A DNA stretch of 64,000 nucleotides from assembly GCF_006345805.1 (NCBI RefSeq), contig NC_043005.1, forward strand, positions 62,620,001 to 62,684,000, read 5' to 3'. This DNA is from Octopus sinensis. Taxonomy: Eukaryota. Positions within the stretch are counted from its first letter, which is position 1. The number at the start of each line of letters is the position of its first letter. Position numbers and translations under genes: made by a program. The notes under the pieces are model-generated. The model was not told the origin of the DNA. It did no database searches and was given only the letters and a program-made list of their open reading frames with translations. This document shows, piece after piece, positions 26,574 through 38,333 of this stretch.

Positions 26574-26652
26574 ATTTAAAGAATGTACTTGTGTAAAGCT
26601 GGAATAATGCGTGAAGTGTTGTTCCAGCTTTACACAACTATGTTTTTTAAAT
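26574..26652 (+). ncRNA. pre-miRNA-like hairpin (candidate)
   Basis: 37-nt arms with 36 pairs (30 Watson-Crick, 6 G-U), one C-C mismatch and a 5-nt loop. Confidence 0.4.
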
Positions 26653-26962
26653 TATACCTCTCACACACACACACACACACCCGTTGCTGTTATGCAAAGG
26701 TCTCCTAAGTCCAAAACATTGCTTTTTCAGAAAAAAAAAAGAGTCACCATTCCATAACAAAACTGTTGTACTACACTTTGACAATTTTTGATATCTGCAC
26801 ATGTGAAGTAACTGGAGATACGATAGTTTAACCAAAAGAACCCGCTATTGCAAGCAAAAATAAATATTGTAAAAATGCATTTGGCCAAATTTGGACATAT
26901 GACAGTTTAACATAATAGCAACGATATGTGTGTATGTGTGAGTGTATTTATGTATGTATATG

Positions 26963-27000
<38 letters not shown>

Positions 27001-27419
27001 TACATAGGTATATACACAAAAATATACATATATATATTTATGTATCTAGGTATGCATGTATGTATATATATGTATGTATGTATGTATGTTTGAATGTATG
27101 TATATGTTTGTGCATGTGTGTGCCTTTATGTTTATGCTTATTCTCTTCTACCATTACTCAGTAACCATTGTTGGTTTGTGAACATTCTGTAACTTAGCAG
27201 TTCAATGAAAGAGGCTGATAGAATAAGTACCATACTTTAAAAAAATAATAACTACTGAGGGTTGATTTGTTCAACCTAACCCTTATAAGGCAATACCCCA
27301 GGTGGCTACAACCCAGTGACTAAAACAAGTAAAACAATAGATATGAAATTTTAAAATTAACATGTGATACAGATATTAAATATTATACAAGCATTAACTT
27401 TATCATAATGATAATAATC

Positions 27420-27591
27420 ATTCCTACCAGAGGACAAGGCCTGAAATTTTGGAGAAGGGGACTAGTCAACTACATCAACCCTGAAAGGATGAAAGGCAAA
27501 GTCGACCTCAGCAGAATTTGAATTCAGAATGAAGTGATGAACGAAATACCGCTAAGTATTTCATCCAGCATGTTAACGGTTATGCCAGCTA

Positions 27592-27659
<68 letters not shown>

Positions 27660-27880
27660 AATCCTTTCTACTGGAAGCACAAGGTCTCAAATTTAGGGGA
27701 AGAGATTAAGTTGATTACATTGACCCCAGTGTGTAACTGGTACTAGTTTTATTGACCCCTAAAAGGATGACAGGTAAAGTCAACTTCGGCAGAATTTGAA
27801 CTCAGAACGTAGTAACAGATGAAATACTGCTAAGCATTTCGCCCAGCATTCTAATGATTCTGCCAGCTTGCTGTCTTAAT
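27420..27880 (-). mobile_element. Two SINE family B copies separated by (AAT)n(GAT)n
   Basis: Each carries GAAAGGATGA(A/C)AGG(C/T)AAAGTC(G/A)AC(C/T)TC..CAGAATTTGAA(C/T)TCAGAA. Confidence 0.85.
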
Positions 27881-28019
27881 AATAATAGTAATAACAATGA
27901 ACTTATTGTATAGAGCTTAGATGCACTTCAACACATCACAAAAAGTAACCAAAACTGCATGAACAGTACATAGAATATGCACAGGAAGTGAACAGTGAGA
28001 AAATCTTAAAAAAAAAACT

Positions 28020-28260
28020 CTTAAGGGTAAATTTCAGGAAGCATGGAAGTTTTGAAGGATCTAGTGTTTTGACAGCTAACAACTGATGCAGGTAGTTTAT
28101 TCCATGCTTCAGCAATTCTGAGTATGAAAAAAATCTCTCCAAAAGTCATGAGTGCAGTGTTGTTTTTTGATTTTGTAAGCATGTCTATAAGTATTAGACA
28201 TATACAATTCAAAAGGGTGCCCAAGGTTATTATTGGAAAGACAGTGGATAGTATTGTGGG
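28020..28260 (-). mobile_element. CR1/L2-type LINE, 3' end
   Basis: FFILRIAEAWNKLPASVVSCQNTRSFKTSML resembles the CR1-clade ORF2 C-terminus. Confidence 0.7.
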
Positions 28261-29119
28261 TGTGTACCAAGTCAGTTGCCTGACATCAGAGCTTTAATGT
28301 GTCCATGCCCAGGGAAGCAAGACATTCAGAGTATGGTAATAGGTAATGGGGCATTTAGTACTTTCCATAGTGTATTATCACAATAATTGAAGCACTACAA
28401 AGCAATAACTGAAACCAGAGCAGAGTAGTTTTACTGAGATTTCTCTACATTAGTGGCTTATTAGCCAAGTAGCCACAATAGTTACTGATGTTATAAGTGA
28501 AAATTTAGAAAAATCAAGTTAATGGACTTTGCCTGTTTAACTATGTTAAATTAAGTGAAGCTGTACAAAACAGAAATGTAAAGAACTCAGTATAGAACTA
28601 TATTATCATATATTCAAACTAGATTGCAGTATACTAGACAATGTCATTTGAGAACAACTCATTATAAACCCCTTATACATTTTAGCACTAAAATTCATCA
28701 AAATGATTTACAAGTTAAATCAGCAGCTAAAAAGAAGGGCTAAAATCTTTGGTTAGGTCTTATTCCCAAAGAAAGATGTCTAACTGTTGTCTTAAGTATG
28801 ATAATTTTAGTTCAATTAGACAGACAGATAGACAGACATCCATCCACCTATTTTCTCCACCCACTATTCCTGGAAGGATTATGAGGGAAGAGCCTTCAGG
28901 CATCTCCTCCTTAGGATCCTATAAGAAGCTGCCATCACTAGACTTTTTAGCTGGATTCTCAGGTGTTATCCATCCATCTCATTCTTGCTCTAAACCTAGG
29001 TCTCCTATCAATTAGCTTGAAGACTCTATCTTATAACTCTTTCCTGTTTGTAAAATTGATAATAATGATTGTTTGTAAAAATAAAATTCTCATTATCCCT
29101 ATTATTTATTATCCAGCCT

Positions 29120-29330
29120 AAGGACAGCAGGCTGATAAACACATTAAAGCATCAGAAAAAGTGCTTTTCAGCATATCTTCCAGCTCTTTACTTTTGAGGC
29201 TTAAACCATTTGAGGTTGACTTTTCCTTTCATGCCCCTAGGGTCGATAAAATAAAGTACCAGTCAAGTATTGGGTCAATAGCAGTGATTAACTCTACGCT
29301 TCAAATTTAACATCTTTGTGCTTAAATTAA
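29120..29330 (+). mobile_element. SINE family B, decayed
   Basis: GAGGTTGACTTTTCCTTTCATGCCCCTAGGGTCGATAAAATAAAGTACCAG. Confidence 0.7.
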
Positions 29331-30073
29331 AAATGATTGTTATTATGTGGTTTAGGTGGGTCTAAAGAAGGCATGTATACAGCCCATATTCCTCTGACTA
29401 ACTCATACAAAGAAATTATTATTATTAGAGGAATTATTGACAAAATTAGGAGGGTTTTAGATTTAATTTAAATTCCACTGAAGTTTACTTTGCTTTTCAT
29501 TCATTCAGCATTGATACAATTAGTACAAGTTAAGCATTGAATGTCAATTAAATTCACTACAACCTTTTCCACAAGTTGTAATTTGTGTATTCAAGGTATT
29601 AGCTTTGTTACTATTATTTATTATTTTAAGCTGCTAGATTTGTAATTGTAAAATGCCAAATAATTTACATGAATTCTAATGTTTAAATATCCTTAATCTT
29701 ATTTCTTGCTTTATGACATAAATTGTTGTTAAATATTAAATGTGTGCTCATCAGAAACAGCTATGTGAAAATAGGATTGTGTGTAAAAGTAGATTATAAG
29801 AATGAAAACTGAGTTGATGCACTAATTATTTTACATTTAGCAAATATAATTGCAGAGCCCAATTCATTCTGAAATAATTGCCATTTTATTGCCATTTTAC
29901 ATCACAATGGAAAATAAAATATTATTTTAAAATTAATTTTATATGTGTTAGTGGCGCTTGAATCATGCAATAAAACAGAAATTATTGCAAAAACATCTTG
30001 AAAAGTGTAAGTAAAGTTTTATTAAAATTAATGTTTTATTGTCAAATACCTATGAATTCTTCTATTTTAACAG

Positions 30074-30154
30074 GAACAACTATCATCACAAACTCAAATA
30101 GTGATTCAAACAGTTGCTTTACTTTTATGTATAGTTTCTATCATTGGATTGTAG
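30074..30154 (+). CDS. Candidate terminal exon with a hydrophobic C-tail (EQLSSQTQIVIQTVALLLCIVSIIGL*)
   Basis: ttcttctattttaacAG acceptor; phase 0 gives a tail-anchor or GPI-signal-like peptide; no partner exon confirmed. Confidence 0.3.
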   Translation, partial: EQLSSQTQIVIQTVALLLCIVSIIGL

Positions 30155-30929
30155 CCATACTAAGGTACCACCTTCGTACGTTTTTAATCAAGCATATAAA
30201 CTTCACAAATTATTCTAACATACCCTATTTATTGAACAGATTACTTTAAATTTTAGATGTAAAGGAATTTCACTTCATGCACTGATTTACATCAGTACAC
30301 ACTTGCATACATACACACATTGGGCTTGACACAGTTTCTGTCTAGCAAATTTAACTCTCAAAATATTAGTTAACCCAAGGTTGCAAGTGCCATTCAATAG
30401 GACTGAACCAAGAACCATGTAGGTATGAAACAAACTATGATTTTAGGTAAAACTTTAATAGTTATCAATAAAACTTTCAGTTAAATTTAAGAGAATCTGA
30501 AGAGAAATAGAATGCTAAATATGAAATAAACCTTTACTGCATAAATGAATGAGTTTCAAAAGACTAATATTATCTTTTATTTACTTGTTTCAGTCATTCT
30601 TCTGTGGCTCTGCTGCGGGACAGCCTTGAAGGATTCAATCTGAATGAATTGATACCAGTATATATTTTCTTTTTAAGCCTTTAGTATTTTGTTACTCTCT
30701 TTTACCAAACTCCTAGCTTAGTTACTGGGATGTAAACATACCAACAAGGGTTAGTAAGTGGTGGTGGTGGTAGTAGGGGGGACAAACACAAACTCAAAGA
30801 TATATGCACATACCTACGTTCATACATACATAAATATATATATATGGCTGGGTAACCATGTATCTCCTCTACAACAAGACACCTGTTTCTGTTTCTCTGC
30901 TTCTCTATCACACTCTAACTGTTCATCAT

Positions 30930-31310
30930 CTGACACAAGATCACCTCCTCCTCCGATGTCCTCTCCCCTCCCAAAGATTCCTTGTCTTGCAAAGATACTT
31001 GATGACCCCACGAGTTTAGGTGACACTTGAAAAGCATCCACTCAACACTGTAAAGTGGTTGGCATTTGAAAGGGCATCCAGCTGTAAAACCCATGCCAAC
31101 ACTGACCTTGCCTGTGCTGCTGCTATATAAAAAGCACTCAGCCCACTCTGTGGGGTGGTTGGTGTTAGGAAGGGCATCCAACCATAAAAACCCTGCCAAA
31201 ACAGACACAGAAATATGGTGCAGGCTTCTGCTTGGCCAGCTCCTGTCAAACCATCCAACCCATACCAGCATGGAAGCAGGAGGTTAAATGGTGTTGATGA
31301 TGATATATAT
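30930..31310 (+). mobile_element. SINE-like element with an RTE-type 3' tail
   Basis: Internal duplication TGGTTGG(C/T)(A/G)TT..GAA(A)GGGCATCCA; ends AAACCATCCAACCCATACCAGCATGGAA..GATGATGAT. Confidence 0.7.
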
Positions 31311-31371
31311 TCTTTCAGTATCCATTTACCAAATCCACTCACAAGGTTTTGCAAGACACTTGCTCAAGTTG

Positions 31372-31610
31372 CCACACTGTTGGACTGGCTAAAGGAGATT
31401 GGAATGGAATGCTCAGTAGAGCTCTTACAGAAAGTTTGTCTCTTAGGGACAGCACAGATTATCAGGAGGGTTCTAAACACTTGAAAGACAGCTGAAAACT
31501 TGTTAATACCTAAGGATGCAGGTAGCAACCCGCTACCTGCATAAATCTTACCAGGAATAAGACCAAGCCTGAGCCAAACCAAAATAATAATAATGATAAT
31601 GGCTTGAAAT
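31372..31610 (+). mobile_element. R4/Dong-like LINE 3' end plus 3'UTR ending in (AAT)n
   Basis: ELLQKVCLLGTAQIIRRVLNT*; homologous to the reverse complement of 60895-61035. Confidence 0.75.
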
Positions 31611-31985
31611 TTTGGAACAAGGCCAGCAATTTTGGGGGATGGGGTGGGTCTGGTTGATTACATCAACTCCAATACTTAACTGATACTTTACTGAATCCAG
31701 AAGGGTGAAAGGCAAAATTGATTTCAGCTGGTTTTGAACTCAGGATGCAAAGACCCATAACAAATACTGCATAACATTTTGTCCAATGCTCTAATATCTC
31801 TTTTTAAGAGCCAGGGTTAGCTGATTAAATTAACCCCTGTACTTAACTATTGTTTAGCCTAGAGGGATGACAGGCAAAGCTGACTTCAGAAAGAGTTGAA
31901 CTCAGGACATGATGTGGTGGAACAAATAATGCAAAGTAACAATTTTCTGATGCCCTAATGTTTTAGCCAATCTACTGTCATTATA
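31610..31985 (-). mobile_element. Two SINE family B copies
   Basis: GGGTGAAAGGCAAAATTGATTTCAGC and GGGATGACAGGCAAAGCTGACTTCAG motifs. Confidence 0.7.
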
Positions 31986-32687
31986 GTAGTAGTAGTAGTA
32001 GCAGCGATAATAATGTAATAAATATACAAAATATATATAATACTAATGCACGTATACACACACATTAAAGTATATTAAACTATAAAAGTCTTGGCTATAG
32101 TTATAAGCTATTATTTTGCATCAACATTATAAAGCAATGTATATAGAAGCTACATTAAGACATGTAACAATAATGATAAAATAACAATACACATTGCAGT
32201 AGCAACAATAACTATAACAAGGCAACAATAATTACAGCAAAATACATAAATACAACACCAATAAGAATATAAGCTGCGATATATTGAAATAATAAAGCAA
32301 CAGGGAGAGGAAGTGATTCAATGAAGAATAATTTAATGTGATCTTAATATATTGTATTACTACGTGTTACTTAAATTGTAATAACTTCTAGTACTATGCT
32401 GACAAAGAAAAGAAGTAAAATGGTTTATTGCAAATGTCAGTTATACAAAGACACACAAAGTAAAAAAGAAAAAAAAAAAAAAATTTCTGCCAGAAAGTAA
32501 GTTTCTAAGCTGTGAGAAAGGAGAAGTGAGTTTATGTATGAATTTACCTCAGCACGAGTGACATATATACACATATAGAAATATATATATATACTTTGCC
32601 CTCTTGAGCTCTATTTTATGAAATGATATAGTCAGTATGTATGACAATGAACTGTATCTCAATGCATATAGAGCTATTCATATGGAT

Positions 32688-32792
32688 GTATAAGAGATTA
32701 TATAAATAGCAAGGAAACAAGAAATTATGTAAATTCTTTCTTGTAAATACATACTTTCTTGTTCCTTTGTCATGTATGTAATCTCTTATTAC
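32688..32792. repeat. Small fold-back (about 46-bp arms)
   Basis: ATAAGAGATTATATAAATAGCAAGGAAACAAGAAATTATGTA vs rc ATAAGAGATTACATACATGACAAAGGAACAAGAAAGTATGTA. Confidence 0.75.
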
Positions 32793-32830
32793 TCTCAGTA
32801 CTCGACTAATGCTTTTCCTTTTGAAGTATA

Positions 32831-33029
32831 TACAGGGTGGCCCAAAAGAAGATTTATTCAACTATCTTTTGCATTTATATTTTAAAAGTTTAGATCTTGA
32901 TTATAAAAAAATATGAAACCATTATGTTATGCTAATTTAGTTAATTGTAGGATAGAAATTTAAATGTAATAAAATATTTTAAAAGAAATTTAAAGTGCCT
33001 CTGTGAACCTACTTTTGGGCCACCCTGTA
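32831..33029. mobile_element. Tc1-type MITE (199 bp)
   Basis: TA-CAGGGTGGCCCAAAAG ... CTTTTGGGCCACCCTG-TA, perfect 16-bp TIRs. Confidence 0.9.
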
Positions 33030-33079
33030 TATATATATTGAGTATCACTATGCCTAAGCAAAATGTTAAAATGTATACT

Positions 33080-33780
33080 CTTTACTCTCTTACTTGTTTC
33101 AGTCACTTGACTGGAGCACCACCTTTAGTCAAACAAATTGACACCAGAACTTATTCTTTGTAAGCTTAGTACTTATCCTATCAGTCTCTTTTGCTGAACT
33201 GCTAAGTTATGGAGATGTAGACACACCAGCATTGCTTGGTGGGGGGACAAAGACAAACAAACACACCCATACACACACACACACACACACATATATATAT
33301 TACATAAGAGTGTATAAAGATTTACACACAGAGAGAAGACCCTTGACAAGGCTTCTTATATGCTAAAATATTTTATTCATTCTGGTGCCTATAGCAGCGT
33401 GCCTTAAGAATTCCTTTTTTCGTGGTTTGGGTTTAGCTGCCCTTTTTAGCATGTAATAAGTCCTGTAAAGGCTCTTCTTTCCATGTATACATTTTTATAC
33501 ACTCTTATATAAAATATTTTATGTCTTAATGATTTTTACTATGCATGTAAACCATTGGTAATAAATTATTTTAATTTTTTACCCTTATACTTATGCAGTA
33601 TAGACACACACACACACACACATATATATATATGACGGGCTTCTTTCAGTTTCCATCTACCAAATCCACTCACATGGTTTTGGTCAGCCTGAGGCTAGAG
33701 TAGAAGATACTTGCCCAATGTATCATGCGGTGGAACTGAATCTGAAACCATGTGGTTGATGAGCAAACTACTTTCCAGAG
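33080..33780 (-). mobile_element. SINE family A split by an insertion at about 33301-33600
   Basis: Tail at 33080-33290, head at 33600-33780. Confidence 0.75.
33301..33510. repeat. Fold-back (about 68-bp arms, 75-bp spacer)
   Basis: 33301-33368 aligns with the reverse complement of 33444-33510. Confidence 0.85.
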
Positions 33781-34679
33781 TCACTCTTGTGTATGTATAT
33801 ATATGCATACATATATATATATATATATATATATGGATAGATAAACTAGACCTAGGAACACCTTTGTAAATGTGCACATGCACACATACACACACACATA
33901 CATGTTCATACATCATCATCAGTGCAAGCATGGCTTAGATGGTTTGGCAGAAGCTGGCCAGTCAGAGAGCTGCCTAAGTTCCAATTGTCTGTTTTGGGAT
34001 GATTTCAATAGTTTCAATGATTTCCTCCTAGTACCAACACTTTACAAAGTGTACTTGGTAGCCCAGGTATTTATAAATATACATATCTCTCTCTCTCTCC
34101 CCCTCTCTTTCTCTCTGTACACACATACACACACACACATATATATATATATGTATATATATTTATATTATGATTTCACTTAATTCATTCAATAGAACAT
34201 TCAACACACATATAATTTAGAGCTGAGTGTGAATGATCCTTATACCAAAAACAGCCGTAAGCTAATAAAAGTGATTATGATGACGATGCTGCACTGTTTG
34301 TACCAGTAAGATCTGAAAGAGAAATTAAAGCAACAGTGGCTAACTTAAATAGAGATTTTCTCAAGATTAGACCAATAAAGTGTAAATTAGTGACTTATTT
34401 TAAGTAAAAGGTATTTCCAACACTAACAAATTACAGAGCCATTAAAAATTAAAATTCTAAATAATGTATATATCATATTCTTAGCAAGTGAATTCTGTCC
34501 TCAGAATTTGTATCATATATTGAATGCATGTATGTCTTTTATCTTTATTTGTTTAATTCATTGGATTGTGGCCATGTTAGTGCATCATCTTGAACAACTC
34601 AACCCCAGTTGTCAAGTGGTGGTGGAAAAACAGACACATACAAATGCATATATATTTATATGAATTGAAGTGTAAAGTA

Positions 34680-34896
34680 TTATTTATCCATTACGGCCGA
34701 TCATATCAATCAGATTCGTGCTAGGGATTCAATGGAGTATTAGGTGACAGTCTTATTATGTAAACCTGCACTCATCAGAGGTAGCTATTATGGAAAGAAA
34801 TATGGTGACTTCAGTTACATAATCGGATTGCTACCTAATACTCTGTTGAATCCCTAGTGTGAAACCGATTAGTAAGGTTAGCCATAATGAATACAT
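34680..34896. repeat. Fold-back (about 100-bp arms) carrying a hammerhead-like motif
   Basis: 34680-34779 aligns with the reverse complement of 34801-34896; minus strand has CTGATGAGTGC...GCACGAATC, plus strand has GTGTGAAACCGATT. Confidence 0.8.
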
Positions 34897-34977
34897 GATG
34901 TACATTTCAATTAATATGCCCACTCTATTGACAGATATACAAGTGCATCTTTTCTTGACTTGTGGACTTTTAGACAA

Positions 34978-35019
<42 letters not shown>

Positions 35020-35257
35020 TATATTAGAGGAAAACCACTTAATCCATCACTTCCACATGAACACATCATTCAAAATACTGCCAAACTACTGCCTGGATTT
35101 ACCTGGGATTATACCTAAGAGTCTATATCTTTACAGATCAACCTCCATACCCCCTGGAAGAAGATGAACTGTGAACTTTATTTTTCTGTCTGTATTCTAT
35201 TTTATTCCTTATGAACTGTGAATTTCCCTGTCTAGAACTTTTATACACACTCACCTT

Positions 35258-35333
35258 GTCTCTTATGACAGAATACCCAGTGTATGGACATACTAGCCTG
35301 TCACTTGGGATATCCCAGAAACAGCTGTAAGAC
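35258..35333 (+). ncRNA. Degenerate minimal (PLE-type) hammerhead ribozyme
   Basis: GTCT-CTTATGA-[helix II CCCAGTG/CACTTGGG]-GAAA-CAGCTG-TA-AGAC; G5 is mutated to T. Confidence 0.55.
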
Positions 35334-35594
35334 TTTAAATTTACCTTACCCTAATTAAATTATTCTAAATGACTTGAGATACTCATCGTGTCTTGGTTTT
35401 TGTTGTCTTTTTTCCTCTAATATAATATATACCTGCTAACATGGAAGCCTAATATGAATCCCTAGCTCCAGCTTCTGCTGTGAACTTGGAACCTAACAGA
35501 TGACCAATTATAGCACTTACTCAGTGTACCTGCTCGCATAGATTACCAGTGAACTAAGCTTGGCTCATATTCTTTCTCTCTCTCTCTCTCTTTC

Positions 35595-35630
<36 letters not shown>

Positions 35631-35633
<3 letters not shown>

Positions 35634-36222
35634 AGGGACCTCACTTGGCCCTGCCTGAGATTCAAAACCAAATCCATGTACTCATCACTTGTCAAACAAG
35701 TCTGAAATCGTTTGTGTTTGCATCTCCACACTGGATGATTAATGGGAAGCACTTGACCTCCTAGGACCTTGCTGGTCACAGAAGGGTCAGTCCTTTGTTT
35801 AGGATTTGACCCACTTTCCTGGCCATAGACTATATAACAGAGGGAATTTCTTTCTCCTATCTCTTCAGTTTAATCCACTGGCATTGAACACATGTTTGTG
35901 TCAGCTGTGGCCAGGAGCAACATTTCTCTTCAACTTTCTGTCAGCAACCAAAGAGCAGCTTTTGGCTGGAATCAAAAGAAGGGAATGCTATCTTTATCCT
36001 TTATTCCTCTCTGTCAGCAGAGTGCAATCCTTACTCTCTCTCTCTCTCTACCAGCAGAATACACAACTACCAACAACTGGCAAGTGTCAAACTTACCAAT
36101 ACATTGTCATTGTCAACTATGTACAATTATTGCTGTCTGTCTTACTAACCAATTGCTGGTAAAAGAATATGTAAATAATATTCTTTATTCTTCAGTGTTC
36201 TTCACTGGGTGAGAACCTTACA
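35631..36222 (+). mobile_element. Probable solo LTR (592 bp)
   Basis: Starts TGTAGGG and ends CCTTACA (TG..CA with a short inverted terminus); TATA-like GACTATATAA; no TSD is visible because the left flank is (TG)n. Confidence 0.45.
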
Positions 36223-36254
36223 TCTTCACTTTAACAGTATTGATGTCTAAACAC

Positions 36255-36580
36255 CACATATATATCTTCTCTCTGGCACTCCATTGGTTATGAAGATGAA
36301 GGTTCCAGTTAATCAAAAAATAGAACAACCAGCTCATGAAATTAACATGTAATTAGCTGAGCACTCCAAGACACGAGTACTCTTAATGTAGTTCTCAGGG
36401 AAATTCAGCATTACACAGCACGTGACAAGGCTGGCCCTTTGAAATACAGATACAACTCGTTTTTGCCAGCTGAATGGACTGAAATAAAGTGTCTTGATCA
36501 AGGACACTTCATACCTGCAGCAATTGAACTCATGACCTTACAATCATGTGCCAAATACTGTAATCACTAAGCCATGTACT
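36255..36580 (-). mobile_element. tRNA-derived SINE, family C
   Basis: Reverse complement matches 49890-50145 (GTGCTCAGC..TGTTAATTTCA(C/T)GAGC..GGAACC..GGAGTGCCA). Confidence 0.75.
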
Positions 36581-36721
36581 TTCACTATGCATATATGTAT
36601 GTGTGTGTATATATATAAAAGCCATGCACCTTCACCATATATATATATATATATATGTAGTGTTAGGTGTGATGTACAGAAATGAAGAAATAAAAAGATT
36701 TTTTTCCCAAATTTTTTCTCA

Positions 36722-36754
<33 letters not shown>

Positions 36755-36756
<2 letters not shown>

Positions 36757-37315
36757 TGCAGGTGTGGCAACAAGCTTGCTTCCCAATCCCATCACTCCGG
36801 GTTCAGTCCCACTGCAGCATGATACCTTGTGCAAGTGTTCTCTACTATAGAAAGGGCAAGGGTACTCATGTCTTAGAGTGCTCATAGGCGCAGGAGTAGC
36901 TGTGTGGTAAGTATCTTGCTTACCAACCACATGGTTCTGAGTTCGGTCCCACTGCATGGCACCTTGGGCAAGTGTTTTCTACTATAGCCTTGGGCCGACC
37001 AAAGCCGGGTGAGTGGATTTGATAGATGGAAACTGAAAGAAGCCCATCATATATTTATATATGTGTGTGTGTGTGTGTGTCTGTATTTATGTGAGTGTAT
37101 CCTTGTGTCTGTGGTTGTCCTCCCACCACTGCTTGACAACTGATGATGGTTGTTTACATCCCTGTAACTTAGCGGTTTGGCAAAAGAAATCAATAGAATA
37201 AGTACTAGGCTTACAAAGAGTAAGTGCTGGTATAAATTTCTTCAATGAAAACACTTTAAAGCAGTGGTCCAGCATGGCTGCAGTCAAATGACTGAAACAA
37301 GTAAAAGAATATAAG
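36755..37315 (+). mobile_element. SINE family A: extra head (36755-36850) followed by a full copy (36885-37315)
   Basis: Two consecutive heads, each ending CTACTATAG; the full copy ends CAGTCAAATGACTGAAACAAGTAAAAGA. Confidence 0.9.
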
Positions 37316-37478
37316 TATAAAAGAATATAAAGATATATATTTTTTTATTGATGTTTTGATAATTGCCAACACTCGAAACTTTTGGACTTTGAATCACTCT
37401 GTTACTTCAGCTAAATATTAATAAAAATATACATACACTCATATTTTGAGTTCTATGTTTCCTTTTTTTTGCATCAAT

Positions 37479-37509
<31 letters not shown>

Positions 37510-37927
37510 TATACACACAGTTTTCCTCTATCAAGTTCACTCACTAGGCATTGGTTGGCTCAGGGCTATTCTACATAATACTTGCCCAAATAGATGATTG
37601 GTGAAACAACAGAACAGGAGAATCTGATCAAGAAAAGTAATGATTTGAGTATTTGACAGTGAAAATATAGCTCAAGCAAGTTATTTTGTAGTTTTTCATG
37701 AATTTTTTCTTTCTGATTTGTTATCAAAATGGTATTCTACTAACATAATTGATAGTTAAAGAATATTGTTTTATTGATAGCATATTATTGCAAACATTCA
37801 GATGAAATATTTGTTTTAAATATTCACAGTTTAGCTTCATAAAGAGTATTTTAAAAATTACATAAATTTCATTGTTTTGTGTAAGCACCGTGCAATTTGG
37901 AAGAAGTTTAATGAAAACTATACATTT

Positions 37928-38333
37928 GGTGCAGGTGTGAGTGTTTGGTAAGAAGCTTGCTTCCTCACTGCACGGTTCTAGATTCAGTTCCAATGTGTGG
38001 CACCTTGGGTAAATATCTTCTATGATGGCATGAGGCTTACCAAAGCCTTCTGAGTGGATTTATTAGAGGGAAACTGAAAGAAACCCATTATGTATATGTA
38101 TGTATATATTTATGTGTGTGTCTGCATATGCGTCCCCACCCATCAATACTTGACAGCTGATGTTAGTTTATTTACATCAACATAACTTGGTGGTTCAGCA
38201 TAAGGACTAATAGAATAAGGACCTGGCTTTAAAATGTATTGGGGAGGGGTCACTTTGTTTGACTAAAAGCTTCCAGTTTGGTACTCCCGCATGGCTTTAG
38301 TCAAATGACTGAAAAAAAGTTAAAGATAAAAGA
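37928..38333 (+). mobile_element. SINE family A
   Basis: Head, central microsatellite and tail are all recognisable. Confidence 0.85.
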
